From positions 1 through 49,129 of the IMG/VR virus record IMGVR_UViG_3300026541_000038: DNA of 49,129 bases; one strand, 5' to 3'. Under the pieces are notes generated by a model, which ran no database searches, had not been told where the DNA came from, and saw nothing but the letters and a program-made list of their open reading frames with translations. The position numbers and the translations under genes were made by a program. Numbering within the stretch: the stretch's first letter is position 1; the number at the start of each line of letters is the position of its first letter. The DNA comes from a virus (taxonomy: Duplodnaviria; Caudoviricetes). This document shows positions 16,757 to 25,242 of this stretch, in pieces.

Positions 16757-18475
16757 TTATAGCAACTCCATTAAAATATGCTGATAGAGATTTTCTATTT
16801 CTTGATCAGTTGCATTATGATTTCCTAGAAGTAGTTTTATTCTATTTTTAAGTTCAGGGTAAAATCTTCCAGAATTATCTTTTTTGGTTACTTCTATTGT
16901 AACAAGTTCAAGAGCATGTTTACCTGTTGCTCTGTTTGTGGGTCCAGTTTTTTTAAGAAAACATTTGGTGACTAATTCATTAACTGTGACTTGTTTACCT
17001 TGTGATTCAATGTACTTTAGAATTTTTTTAGATTCATCGGATAGAGATGCAATATCAAATAATATTTTTTGTTTGCATTCTTCCAAGAATTCCTTTTGTA
17101 TCTTCTCTAAAGGTGATACTTCATAGACTTGGTTGCCTGTAGATTTTGGAATCTTGGATAGAATAGTTCTAGTTATTGATTCAATATCTAAAGAAGAACC
17201 TTGTGTAGTAGGTATTTTTTGTAATACTTTTGATACTAAAACATCCTCGTCAATCTCAGGCGTTGAGGTTTTAATTTGTGCAATATCTACAAATACTTTG
17301 TTAATTTGATCTTGCAAGTCACCAATTTTATTAAAAAAGTCAGTTCTCATGTCTAGTAATTCTTTATTGATTAGGGTCTTGAGATCTTTTACTTCTTGAT
17401 TATTTTCATTGGAATCATTTCCCTGTGTGACAACTGAAATTTTATTTTGTGCAATTTGTTTTGGTGCATCAATTTCAGATATTTTCAATTCGCCTTTGGC
17501 TATTTGGATAGCTTTATCGTCATCGAGCCAGAATGGTTGGACGTATAATTTTGTAGTTAGATCTCTACTCGCATAGTAAAAGATTCCTGTACCTAGCATC
17601 ATAATGTCTTCTTCTTTTGGCTTGTTTGCTTTTGGTAGTGGGATTTGATCTAGGGTATGTTTTACTTCATTCTTTTCTGATTGATAGCCTAAAATCCATT
17701 CGGATATTTGTTTAAGTGGTATCTTGTCTACTCCTGTCATGTCCTGAGAATCAATCCAAAGATAGTTGTGATTAGTAGCTCCTTGCCTGATAAATTCCTC
17801 TACAATATTTTTACATGGACTTCCTCGTTGTTGTGGAATAAACTTCCAGGCTTCAGGTATTATTATTACTACATCTTTATGGTTGTGTAGAACTTCCTCA
17901 AGAACACTGGCAATAATTAAACTTTGAACTTCTGTATCTCTAGAAAATCTTTCTAAATTTATTATGTTCAAGCCATTGACTAACTCTAAAGTATTTGAGA
18001 ATTGAATTGTTTGTAGCTTTGGCAAAACAATTTCAAGATATGCTTGTAGATTTGTCAGTAACATTGACTCGAATGTTCCTATTTTTTCTTCTAGTCTGTT
18101 ATCTACTACCTTTTTAAAATCAAGTAATGACTTTCCGTTTGTTAATTTAGATAGTTTGATGATTACAGCTCTGTCAAGTTTTCCAACCTTCTCTTTCATT
18201 GTGGCCTCTATGAGTGATTCAATGTATTGCCAGTCTGATTTTTCCTTAAAGTATGGTGGAATTATTGTTCCATCAAGAAATGATTTTTCTCCTATCTTGG
18301 TTCTAAATACAATAGCCTTGGAACCACTTCTTTTGATAAATGATTCAAGTGCAGTAGTTTTTCCTGCCTTTTGGGATAATCCAGTAACCATGAGATGTGA
18401 AGGGGAAATATTAATTTCTTTACCTGTACCTATTTCATAACCAAGTTTAATTTTAGATTTCAAAATTTGAGCCAT
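16757..18475 (-). CDS. HerA/FtsK-superfamily ATPase with coiled coil and C-terminal wHTH
   Basis: HLMVTGLSQKAGKTT Walker A; IIIPEAWKF Walker B variant; RQG and DSQ motifs. Confidence 0.8.
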   Translation of the reverse strand: MAQILKSKIKLGYEIGTGKEINISPSHLMVTGLSQKAGKTTALESFIKRSGSKAIVFRTKIGEKSFLDGTIIPPYFKEKSDWQYIESLIEATMKEKVGKLDRAVIIKLSKLTNGKSLLDFKKVVDNRLEEKIGTFESMLLTNLQAYLEIVLPKLQTIQFSNTLELVNGLNIINLERFSRDTEVQSLIIASVLEEVLHNHKDVVIIIPEAWKFIPQQRGSPCKNIVEEFIRQGATNHNYLWIDSQDMTGVDKIPLKQISEWILGYQSEKNEVKHTLDQIPLPKANKPKEEDIMMLGTGIFYYASRDLTTKLYVQPFWLDDDKAIQIAKGELKISEIDAPKQIAQNKISVVTQGNDSNENNQEVKDLKTLINKELLDMRTDFFNKIGDLQDQINKVFVDIAQIKTSTPEIDEDVLVSKVLQKIPTTQGSSLDIESITRTILSKIPKSTGNQVYEVSPLEKIQKEFLEECKQKILFDIASLSDESKKILKYIESQGKQVTVNELVTKCFLKKTGPTNRATGKHALELVTIEVTKKDNSGRFYPELKNRIKLLLGNHNATDQEIENLYQHILMELL

Positions 18476-18765
18476 TAGACAACCCTCCAAGTGAGAACAG
18501 TCTTGCCAGTTACTTTACAAGTTCTTTTTAATCCCTGAATTACTTTACCAGCTTTGACTAATTCATTTGTACGTGGTGTGATTGCATTGATTGGTATTCC
18601 CATGAATTTACTAATCTCACTGTTTGTCGGATTTTTCAAATATCTAATTACATCTAATACTGCACGCTGTCTTTCTCCAAGTCCTTTCTTCTTTATCTCT
18701 CTGTATGCAATCCTTGAGGTATCTTGAATCATCATTGTAATTCCACCCACTGGCATTTGTGACAA
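18475..18765 (-). CDS. Winged-HTH protein
   Basis: PTNSEISKFMGIPINAITPRTNELVKAG. Confidence 0.8.
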   Translation of the reverse strand: MSQMPVGGITMMIQDTSRIAYREIKKKGLGERQRAVLDVIRYLKNPTNSEISKFMGIPINAITPRTNELVKAGKVIQGLKRTCKVTGKTVLTWRVV

Positions 18766-18886
18766 ATAGAGAATAGATCAATTGGGTCTTTTGCTGTAGA
18801 GACAAAAAATCTACTATCATTTTCAGCACAGAAATAACAAGGCCATTCCTCTGTCTCTTTAGTTATGGTTTGATATTGGGATAGAG

Positions 18887-19480
18887 TCATTTTTCTTCCT
18901 CTCTAAGTTTCAAACAGATCTGACATGTCTTACCGTCAGTCATTGCATTAGGAATAGAATTTTTACAAACGCAATATTTTTCAGGATCTTTAGGTTCTTT
19001 TTTTATTTCGGTGAATCCAATAGTCTCATGACTTTCTTTTAGAGTATCAATAATATGATTTGAAAACTTTCCAACTTGAGCTCCATTTGGTGAAGGCTCA
19101 CCTAAGAAATTCTTTAGAGTATTTGTAATTTCCTGATCAACAAGATATAGTCTGATGGTTTCTTCTTTGATGTGTTTTTTTAATCCATCAGTCAGTGAGT
19201 ATGTTGATGTTATTTTATTTTGAAGTTCACTTTGTTTTTCTTTAAGATAATCTTCGGATGTAGTAGCAGTTGGTGCATTAGCTGAAGTATCTTTTTCATC
19301 CTCTGTTGGAATAACACATTCAAAGTTTTTACCGTCATTAGTTTTGTAATGAGCAGTTCCATCAAAGTTTTGCCACTGTAATTTTGGTTTGTAATCTCCA
19401 CCATAATCTTTTAGTCTGCAAATTAAATCAGTCTGACAATTCAGACATGTCATGGTTGCACCTTCTTTCTTTTCTACCAT
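18887..19480 (-). CDS. Hypothetical zinc-binding early protein
   Basis: CLNC...H...C at N-terminus; CVC...CQIC at C-terminus. Confidence 0.65.
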   Translation of the reverse strand: MVEKKEGATMTCLNCQTDLICRLKDYGGDYKPKLQWQNFDGTAHYKTNDGKNFECVIPTEDEKDTSANAPTATTSEDYLKEKQSELQNKITSTYSLTDGLKKHIKEETIRLYLVDQEITNTLKNFLGEPSPNGAQVGKFSNHIIDTLKESHETIGFTEIKKEPKDPEKYCVCKNSIPNAMTDGKTCQICLKLREEEK

Positions 19481-20080
19481 TAGTATTCATCCTCACGATA
19501 AACAAATTCTTCACAATCTTCACAGACATCTCCTAAATCAGTAGGATAGGTTATTGGATTTTCACATGTGCAAGTCAAATTTTTGCTATCTCCTGTTGGG
19601 CTAAATCAAATGTTTTGTCACATGTAGGACAGTAAGCATTATTTGGATTGATTTTTGGAACTGTTGATTTTTTTTCTTTATCGTAAATATTGGCAAATAC
19701 TGAGCATAATGAAGTGCCACAAATTTTACATGACATTTTAGGCAAGTGTAACATCCTCCGATGAGTTTAGAAATTTAGTGAGGTTTGGTAATTTTTGAAG
19801 TTTAATAATTTTTGAAGCGTTTTTAGTTAGAATTTTTACTTTAGAAATGAATTGGTTGTTGTATGCCTCTGAATGAAGGTGATCTTCGCATACGTCTTTG
19901 GTGTCATTAATCTCATTGTCTTGAGTTAGTTTATGATAATATGTGATTTGAAGTAGTTTTTCATTATCGTCATCACATGACTTTGAAAAGGTCTGAAGGC
20001 TCAGTTAAAAGAGCCCCCAGGATTTTGCGAACCTGGGATCATAAATGAATTAGTGACAAGTCTAACCGAAGTTTTCCTAT

Positions 20081-20259
20081 GATCGACTATATTTACGATT
20101 CCCATTCTAGACAAATACTGTTAAAATATACTGATTAATAAATATGACTTTTATTATAATAAAATATCTTTAATAGTTAATGGATAAATAACAGGAAATT
20201 AATCATAACTATGTTGCATGAGAGATCGATTTTGACGAACCTATTCTAGACAAATATTG
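20081..20259. repeat. Degenerate direct repeat pair (core ATTCTAGACAAATA at 20104 and 20243) in the non-coding region next to the integrase; candidate att arm or origin sites
   Basis: Seen directly; each copy preceded by GATCGA...ACGA. Confidence 0.65.
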
Positions 20260-20438
20260 ATTTTTCGGAGTCATCTTGTGCAACACTTTTATTTCATTTT
20301 GCAACAATTCGGTGTCATCGTACAACATAGCGATCAATAATATTACATGCATTAAAGTATTCATCAAATCTTAAAACAGCGCTTAAGAAATCTTAATGAT
20401 CAGGTTCAATAATTATTGACAGATCTTTTTTATAGAAC

Positions 20439-21611
20439 TTATTTTGAGGATTTTTCTCTTTGCATAAAAAGATCAAATGCCTTGATGCTTTCTTGCATGC
20501 TTGCAATAGTTTCTTTTTGTTCTTCTACCTTTTTGTTTGCCTCCTCTAACTTGCGTATCTTTTCTTTGTTTTTAGCTTGATCAAAAATCAAGATGTACGG
20601 TGCCACATCTACAAAGAGTTCTAGTTTTTCCTCATCTGTTCTTCTCTGGTATGTCTGCAGATATGCACCATGTCCAACCATTGCATGAACCACATCTCCA
20701 TCCAATACTTTTAGAGCTTTGGTGATAAATCGAGCTCGTAAAGAATAAAGTGTAATTTTATGTTCCCCTGTAGATTCATATTTCATGTCTAACCCTAATT
20801 TCTCAAGGACTAGATTGAAAGAGATTCTTAATGTAGCTAACATGTATGTGGCAAAAGTTTTGATAGCTTTAATTTTTGCCTTCTCTTCTTTTAGATGAGA
20901 GTATTTGTTAAAAAATGATTGAGGAATTACTTTACGTTTGGTCCAAACAAATTCTTCTAGTTCTATCTCTTTGAGTAATCTTGTAATGTATGGAGTAGCT
21001 TCAACAGATGCAAATACGGTTCGTGAGATTCTTTTCTTTGTAAGATAGTATGGGATTTCTATTTTGTATTGTTTGTTAATTAACGTGTAATGTTTTTTCT
21101 GAGTACCCATTAATTCTACTGGACGCATCCCTACACTTGATTGAGTTAAAGTGAATCCTTGATTCTTCCAGTTTAGCTGTGATATGATGGAAATAAATTC
21201 ATCTTCTGATGGTGCGTACTTTTCTTCCTGGATATGTTCAGGCCACTCTAGCTCTTCTTTCATATCATGAGCTGTGACTTTGATTTTTTTGTACCAGAGA
21301 TACTTGTTTAGTCTTGAAAATGATTGTTTTACACTACCATGAGATAGATCAAATTTTTCAGAAAGATGATCTATGAAATCCTGTAGTATTGGGTATAGTT
21401 CATCTTCTCTCTCATCTTCTGGAAGTGATTTTAAATGTTCAATAAATTTGTCAGTATCTAGGTTGTTATACTCTGAATAAAGAAAATCATCAAATCTAGT
21501 TTTGGCAAGAGTACATGCACTGATGATGCTATCACTCATTTTATCTAGTCTATCTTTTTTGAATGTGTTCCATGTTCGTTTCTTTTGGAGTGATAGTTTT
21601 TGAGATGTCAT
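20439..21611 (-). CDS. int: Tyrosine recombinase/integrase
   Basis: R (GMRPVEL), K (TKKR), YxxR (YSLR), H and Y (MVGHGAYLQTY). Confidence 0.92.
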   Translation of the reverse strand: MTSQKLSLQKKRTWNTFKKDRLDKMSDSIISACTLAKTRFDDFLYSEYNNLDTDKFIEHLKSLPEDEREDELYPILQDFIDHLSEKFDLSHGSVKQSFSRLNKYLWYKKIKVTAHDMKEELEWPEHIQEEKYAPSEDEFISIISQLNWKNQGFTLTQSSVGMRPVELMGTQKKHYTLINKQYKIEIPYYLTKKRISRTVFASVEATPYITRLLKEIELEEFVWTKRKVIPQSFFNKYSHLKEEKAKIKAIKTFATYMLATLRISFNLVLEKLGLDMKYESTGEHKITLYSLRARFITKALKVLDGDVVHAMVGHGAYLQTYQRRTDEEKLELFVDVAPYILIFDQAKNKEKIRKLEEANKKVEEQKETIASMQESIKAFDLFMQREKSSK

Positions 21612-21638
21612 TTAACATTTACCTCGAGCTGTATTTTC
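21609..21638 (-). other. Dyad site overlapping the integrase start codon
   Basis: GAAAATACAG-CTCGAGGTAA-ATGTTAAATG; core CGAGGT shared with site 11259. Confidence 0.55.
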
Positions 21639-21842
21639 AAACAATAAATCTATCTCATCAAATAATTGTCGTGCATGATAATCGCTTCCATCATGTGTTT
21701 TTATCAAGTCTCTTACTTTCTTCATGTCTTTAACGCACCAAGGACAAACACATTCTAGAATTGCACCCTCTTCACTCTCTTGGATTAGCCATCCTTGAGG
21801 ATCTACAGGTTCACATTCACAAACAATACATGCGTCACCCAA
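21612..21842 (-). CDS. Zinc-finger cassette protein upstream of the integrase
   Basis: CIVC and CPWC; bounded by dyads 21609 and 21838. Confidence 0.65.
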   Translation of the reverse strand: MGDACIVCECEPVDPQGWLIQESEEGAILECVCPWCVKDMKKVRDLIKTHDGSDYHARQLFDEIDLLFENTARGKC

Positions 21843-21867
21843 GACGTTCTCTCCTTTCGGTTAACAG
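21838..21867 (-). other. Dyad site
   Basis: CTGTTAACCG-AAAGGAGAGA-ACGTCTTGGG; core AGGAGA shared with 11447 and 11559. Confidence 0.55.
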
Positions 21868-22301
21868 TGATTGAATAAATTTACACATTCGGACACAATC
21901 TTCAGGTGCATCTAAATCAACATTAATCCAATTCCACTCTGTTTCTATTTCATCCAATATCGTTTGATTAGAATGTAATTTTTCCATATTTTATTCAGGC
22001 ACAAACTCCTTTAAAATGATAGCTTTTGTACTCTCATTTTCTTGTAAATGGATGTGTAAAAGCTCTCATTTACAGAGATTTTTAACTCACTAGTTACTAA
22101 TAAAATTTATAAAAAATATTGTGTGGAAAGATAGAAAATAACTATGATCCCGTACTATTAATCAGTGCAATTATTGCCACTGCTAATGCAGCAATACTAA
22201 GTACACCATTTGAGAGATTTAAATCTGCCATAAAATGAGCTGATTTTAACGAGTTATAAGAACAAAATTAGTTATCTATAATTAATAAATTTAAAAAAAA
22301 A

Positions 22302-22565
22302 TTAAAGGATTTTGAAACATTGTCCATTTCTTTGACGTCTTCGGATCAGAATCTTTAAAGCTCTAATTTGTCGTTTTGTAGTTGCAATTCCATTAGAATA
22401 TGCCTTGTAGGATGTTGATTTGCAAAATGGTTTTTTTAATAGTTTACACCATTTTTTTGCTTGACTCATACCTTGTTGTTCTGTTTTAAGATCAGATTCC
22501 AACCAAGATAATCTTCCTTTTAGATTCTTAGTCATTGCTGTTTTGGCTCTTGTACTATGCTTCAA
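22302..22565 (-). CDS. Basic hypothetical protein
   Basis: ORF track; K/R-rich. Confidence 0.55.
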   Translation of the reverse strand: MKHSTRAKTAMTKNLKGRLSWLESDLKTEQQGMSQAKKWCKLLKKPFCKSTSYKAYSNGIATTKRQIRALKILIRRRQRNGQCFKIL

Positions 22566-22893
22566 TTTTTTCTTCTCCTATTTTTTTAGTTTTTGGGATT
22601 TGCACTAATTTTCGAGCTGCAGTACTGATAGATTCACTTTTCATTACTATGATTATCTGACCTGTAATTAGCGGTAAGATTATCATTTCATTATAGTCTG
22701 TAGGTATTGCATCAATTACTGGTGCCACTAATCCAACTGATACAATTATTCCAATCATATATGACAAAATTACTGTATTAATGTTGAATTTTGATGTTGG
22801 ATTTTTGATTTTACCAATGTACACTCTTAATCCTATTCCAATAATACAGATTATTAGCGTTAGAGTTATCGGACTAAGACCCAGTATCTCCAT
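22555..22893 (-). CDS. 3-TM membrane protein, holin-like
   Basis: Three hydrophobic segments and a basic C-tail; after the tail genes. Confidence 0.5.
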   Translation of the reverse strand: MEILGLSPITLTLIICIIGIGLRVYIGKIKNPTSKFNINTVILSYMIGIIVSVGLVAPVIDAIPTDYNEMIILPLITGQIIIVMKSESISTAARKLVQIPKTKKIGEEKIEA

Positions 22894-22946
22894 TGAATTA
22901 TCCCCTTTATTCTAGTCATTGTATAGGAAATATAATTTTGTGTAAA

Positions 22947-22958
22947 AAAGAATTATTT
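22947..22958 (-). promoter_or_regulatory. Late-promoter motif (holin-like gene, with leader)
   Basis: Exact consensus match. Confidence 0.6.
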
Positions 22959-23234
22959 TGAAAAATCTATACCAAAGTGATTTAGTAATAAATTAAGTTT
23001 TGATTCTAATGATGTAATACGATTTCCTTGATCATCAATTTTTTTGTAAAAATCACCATGTATATCGTGTGAATCTGAATCAGATTCAGATAATTCTTCT
23101 ATTTTTTGTTTCATTAGAATAAAACATTTCTCTTTTTTCCAAAAATATCTAATTAACATTCCTGATACTGGAACAAGTGGAATCAGTATTGCCAGTATTA
23201 TTTCTATAGACACTTTAATTATCACTTCTTCCAT
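22953..23234 (-). CDS. 1-TM coiled-coil protein, possibly lysis-related
   Basis: N-terminal TM followed by coiled coil. Confidence 0.5.
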   Translation of the reverse strand: MEEVIIKVSIEIILAILIPLVPVSGMLIRYFWKKEKCFILMKQKIEELSESDSDSHDIHGDFYKKIDDQGNRITSLESKLNLLLNHFGIDFSK

Positions 23235-23311
23235 TTTTTCCCCCTTGTAGAATATTTGAGATACTACACAAAAGAATTAAAGTTGATTTTATGAAATTTT
23301 GTAATTACTAT

Positions 23312-23363
23312 GTGTCAAGACTGCAGTACTACAGCCTTGCCACCGACTAAGGGGATAGTCAAC
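23312..23363 (-). ncRNA. Candidate two-hairpin sRNA with UCCCCU loop
   Basis: Stems 23363-23356/23349-23342 and 23339-23329/23326-23316, with G-U pairs on the minus strand. Confidence 0.4.
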
Positions 23364-23486
23364 ATGAATTTCAACTATAAAGTATTAAGAAATAACTTGT
23401 ACTCCACTCATCACTTTTTCTCCTTGAGAGTGATTGTTTTTTATATCCAATGTCATAACCTGTTTATGGAATGAGTCACATAGATT

Positions 23487-24920
23487 ATGATGATGTTTGA
23501 GAATTTAACACAACACTTGCAAAAAATTAGCATTACTCATATAATTTTAATTGTGTTTTCTGTTCACATGCTTTTGATTTCAAGACCTATTTTTGAAATT
23601 CTGGATGAAACAATTTTTACAAATATTACAAGGTGGTTTATGGTAGGCTTGGATCACACCCCTTACCAATTGCCGGGATTATCTTTAATCACATCTCCTT
23701 TTGTTTATATTTTTGGCGATAATTGGTTCTCATGGCGATTTCCCATCATCATATTTGGAATGATATTTTTATTTTATTATTATAAGGTAATCAACCACCT
23801 AACAAGTAAAAATATTGCAATATTGACCACCATAATATTATCTCTTAGTACCACGATATTTACTCATTCATCACTTTTGTTAAGAGATATACCAGTTATG
23901 GCATTAGGATTTTTGGCAATTTATCTTTATTTGAAGCAAAGATATTATTTTACAGCCCTTGTAATTGGAATTTCAGCAATAATCAAAGAAACTGCAATAT
24001 TTTTTGTTATATTCATTGTATTACATTATGTCCTCAATAACCGAGAAAAAATAATCATGCAAATCTCATCTAGTCTGTACAAACAGTGTTTTGGATTTAT
24101 CAAAACACCATTAATTACCGCATTAATTATTATAGCATCATTTCTTATTCCTTTAGCAATTTATGACAATACAATTGAAGTTTTAGAATACAAACAAAGA
24201 ATCCCCGTATACTATATTCATGATCAATCAACCAATATTGGAAATGGAACGTTTACAACAACCTTAACTCCATTAATAATACAAGAAACAAAATTAGAAA
24301 TGTTTGATAGTGATTTACGGTTTGTTCCTGAAAACAAAATAAAAGATCCGATACATCATATAAGATCAATGTTTTTCAATGGATATTATTTACAAAATAC
24401 AAGTAATAATCCAAATCAATTTAATTTCATTAATACTTTTATTCCAAAATTAAAAACTGCTGAGATAAGCTCAAGTAATAGCGGTCAGTATTTGTTAATA
24501 ACAGCAGAACGACCAGATAGTAAGGGGATTTATAGTGAATCTGAAGAAAAACATGGGGTTGTTTTTGATACTAAATGGTATCAAGCACAAGTAAATTATT
24601 CTTGGTGGTTTATGGGATTTTGGAGTTGTATTGCTCTTGTAGGATATTTTATATTTAGAAAATTTAGAAATAATATACCAATTTCAAAAGATATGATTTT
24701 CATAATCTGCGGGTTTGTGTTTTTTGTTCCTTATTTATTAGTAAATATGATGAGGGATAGTTATGCATATTACATGATTTACTTTTTACCATTCATGGCA
24801 TTTGGATTAATCACCATAATTTATAAAATACAAAACAATACTCGAAGACATATTATTTTACTTGGATTATTAGCAGCTATTTTGTTTAACTTTGTATATT
24901 TTTTCCCGATAAGATTTTGA
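23487..24920 (+). CDS. GT-C fold glycosyltransferase (PMT/ArnT, GT39/83-like), multi-TM
   Basis: DE motif after TM1 (ILDE), QLPG, WRFP, LLRD, SAIIKETA; about 10 TM segments. Confidence 0.82.
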   Translation: MMMFENLTQHLQKISITHIILIVFSVHMLLISRPIFEILDETIFTNITRWFMVGLDHTPYQLPGLSLITSPFVYIFGDNWFSWRFPIIIFGMIFLFYYYKVINHLTSKNIAILTTIILSLSTTIFTHSSLLLRDIPVMALGFLAIYLYLKQRYYFTALVIGISAIIKETAIFFVIFIVLHYVLNNREKIIMQISSSLYKQCFGFIKTPLITALIIIASFLIPLAIYDNTIEVLEYKQRIPVYYIHDQSTNIGNGTFTTTLTPLIIQETKLEMFDSDLRFVPENKIKDPIHHIRSMFFNGYYLQNTSNNPNQFNFINTFIPKLKTAEISSSNSGQYLLITAERPDSKGIYSESEEKHGVVFDTKWYQAQVNYSWWFMGFWSCIALVGYFIFRKFRNNIPISKDMIFIICGFVFFVPYLLVNMMRDSYAYYMIYFLPFMAFGLITIIYKIQNNTRRHIILLGLLAAILFNFVYFFPIRF

Positions 24921-24987
24921 AACTATAAAAACATTCAATCATCATCTATTCACTTTCTTATTTTGATCATAGTATTTATATCAAAGA

Positions 24988-25236
24988 ATGATTTTCTTTA
25001 TTATATTGCAAAGAAAAATGTTGATTATAATGTTGAGTATTATATTTGTCAGTAGTATTTCTATAAGTACAGTTTATGGAATGAATCACATAGATTATGA
25101 TGATTCAGATTGGCAATGTAAAAAAACAGTTGGTATGTGGGAATTAGCAAAACAAGATTATCCGAATTTTGTAGATGAAACAAAATGGCTAGCTGATAAA
25201 AAATGTGGTTTTGATGTTAATTCATTAATAACATAA
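24988..25236 (+). CDS. Small secreted or membrane-anchored protein
   Basis: Signal-like N-terminus; two Cys. Confidence 0.55.
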   Translation: MIFFIILQRKMLIIMLSIIFVSSISISTVYGMNHIDYDDSDWQCKKTVGMWELAKQDYPNFVDETKWLADKKCGFDVNSLIT

Positions 25237-25242
25237 TTGTTT

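Noticed and set aside
14730-19900. Extra dyad sites at 14742, 14985, 15730, 15873, 16080, 19490, 19750 (also 7215, 9815, 12635)
   Set aside because: Only one arm matches or the spacing is off by 1-2 nt; left out of the count.
20005-20045. Intact tRNA gene
   Set aside because: Only a T-arm-like hairpin with an insertion; no D-arm, anticodon arm or full cloverleaf.
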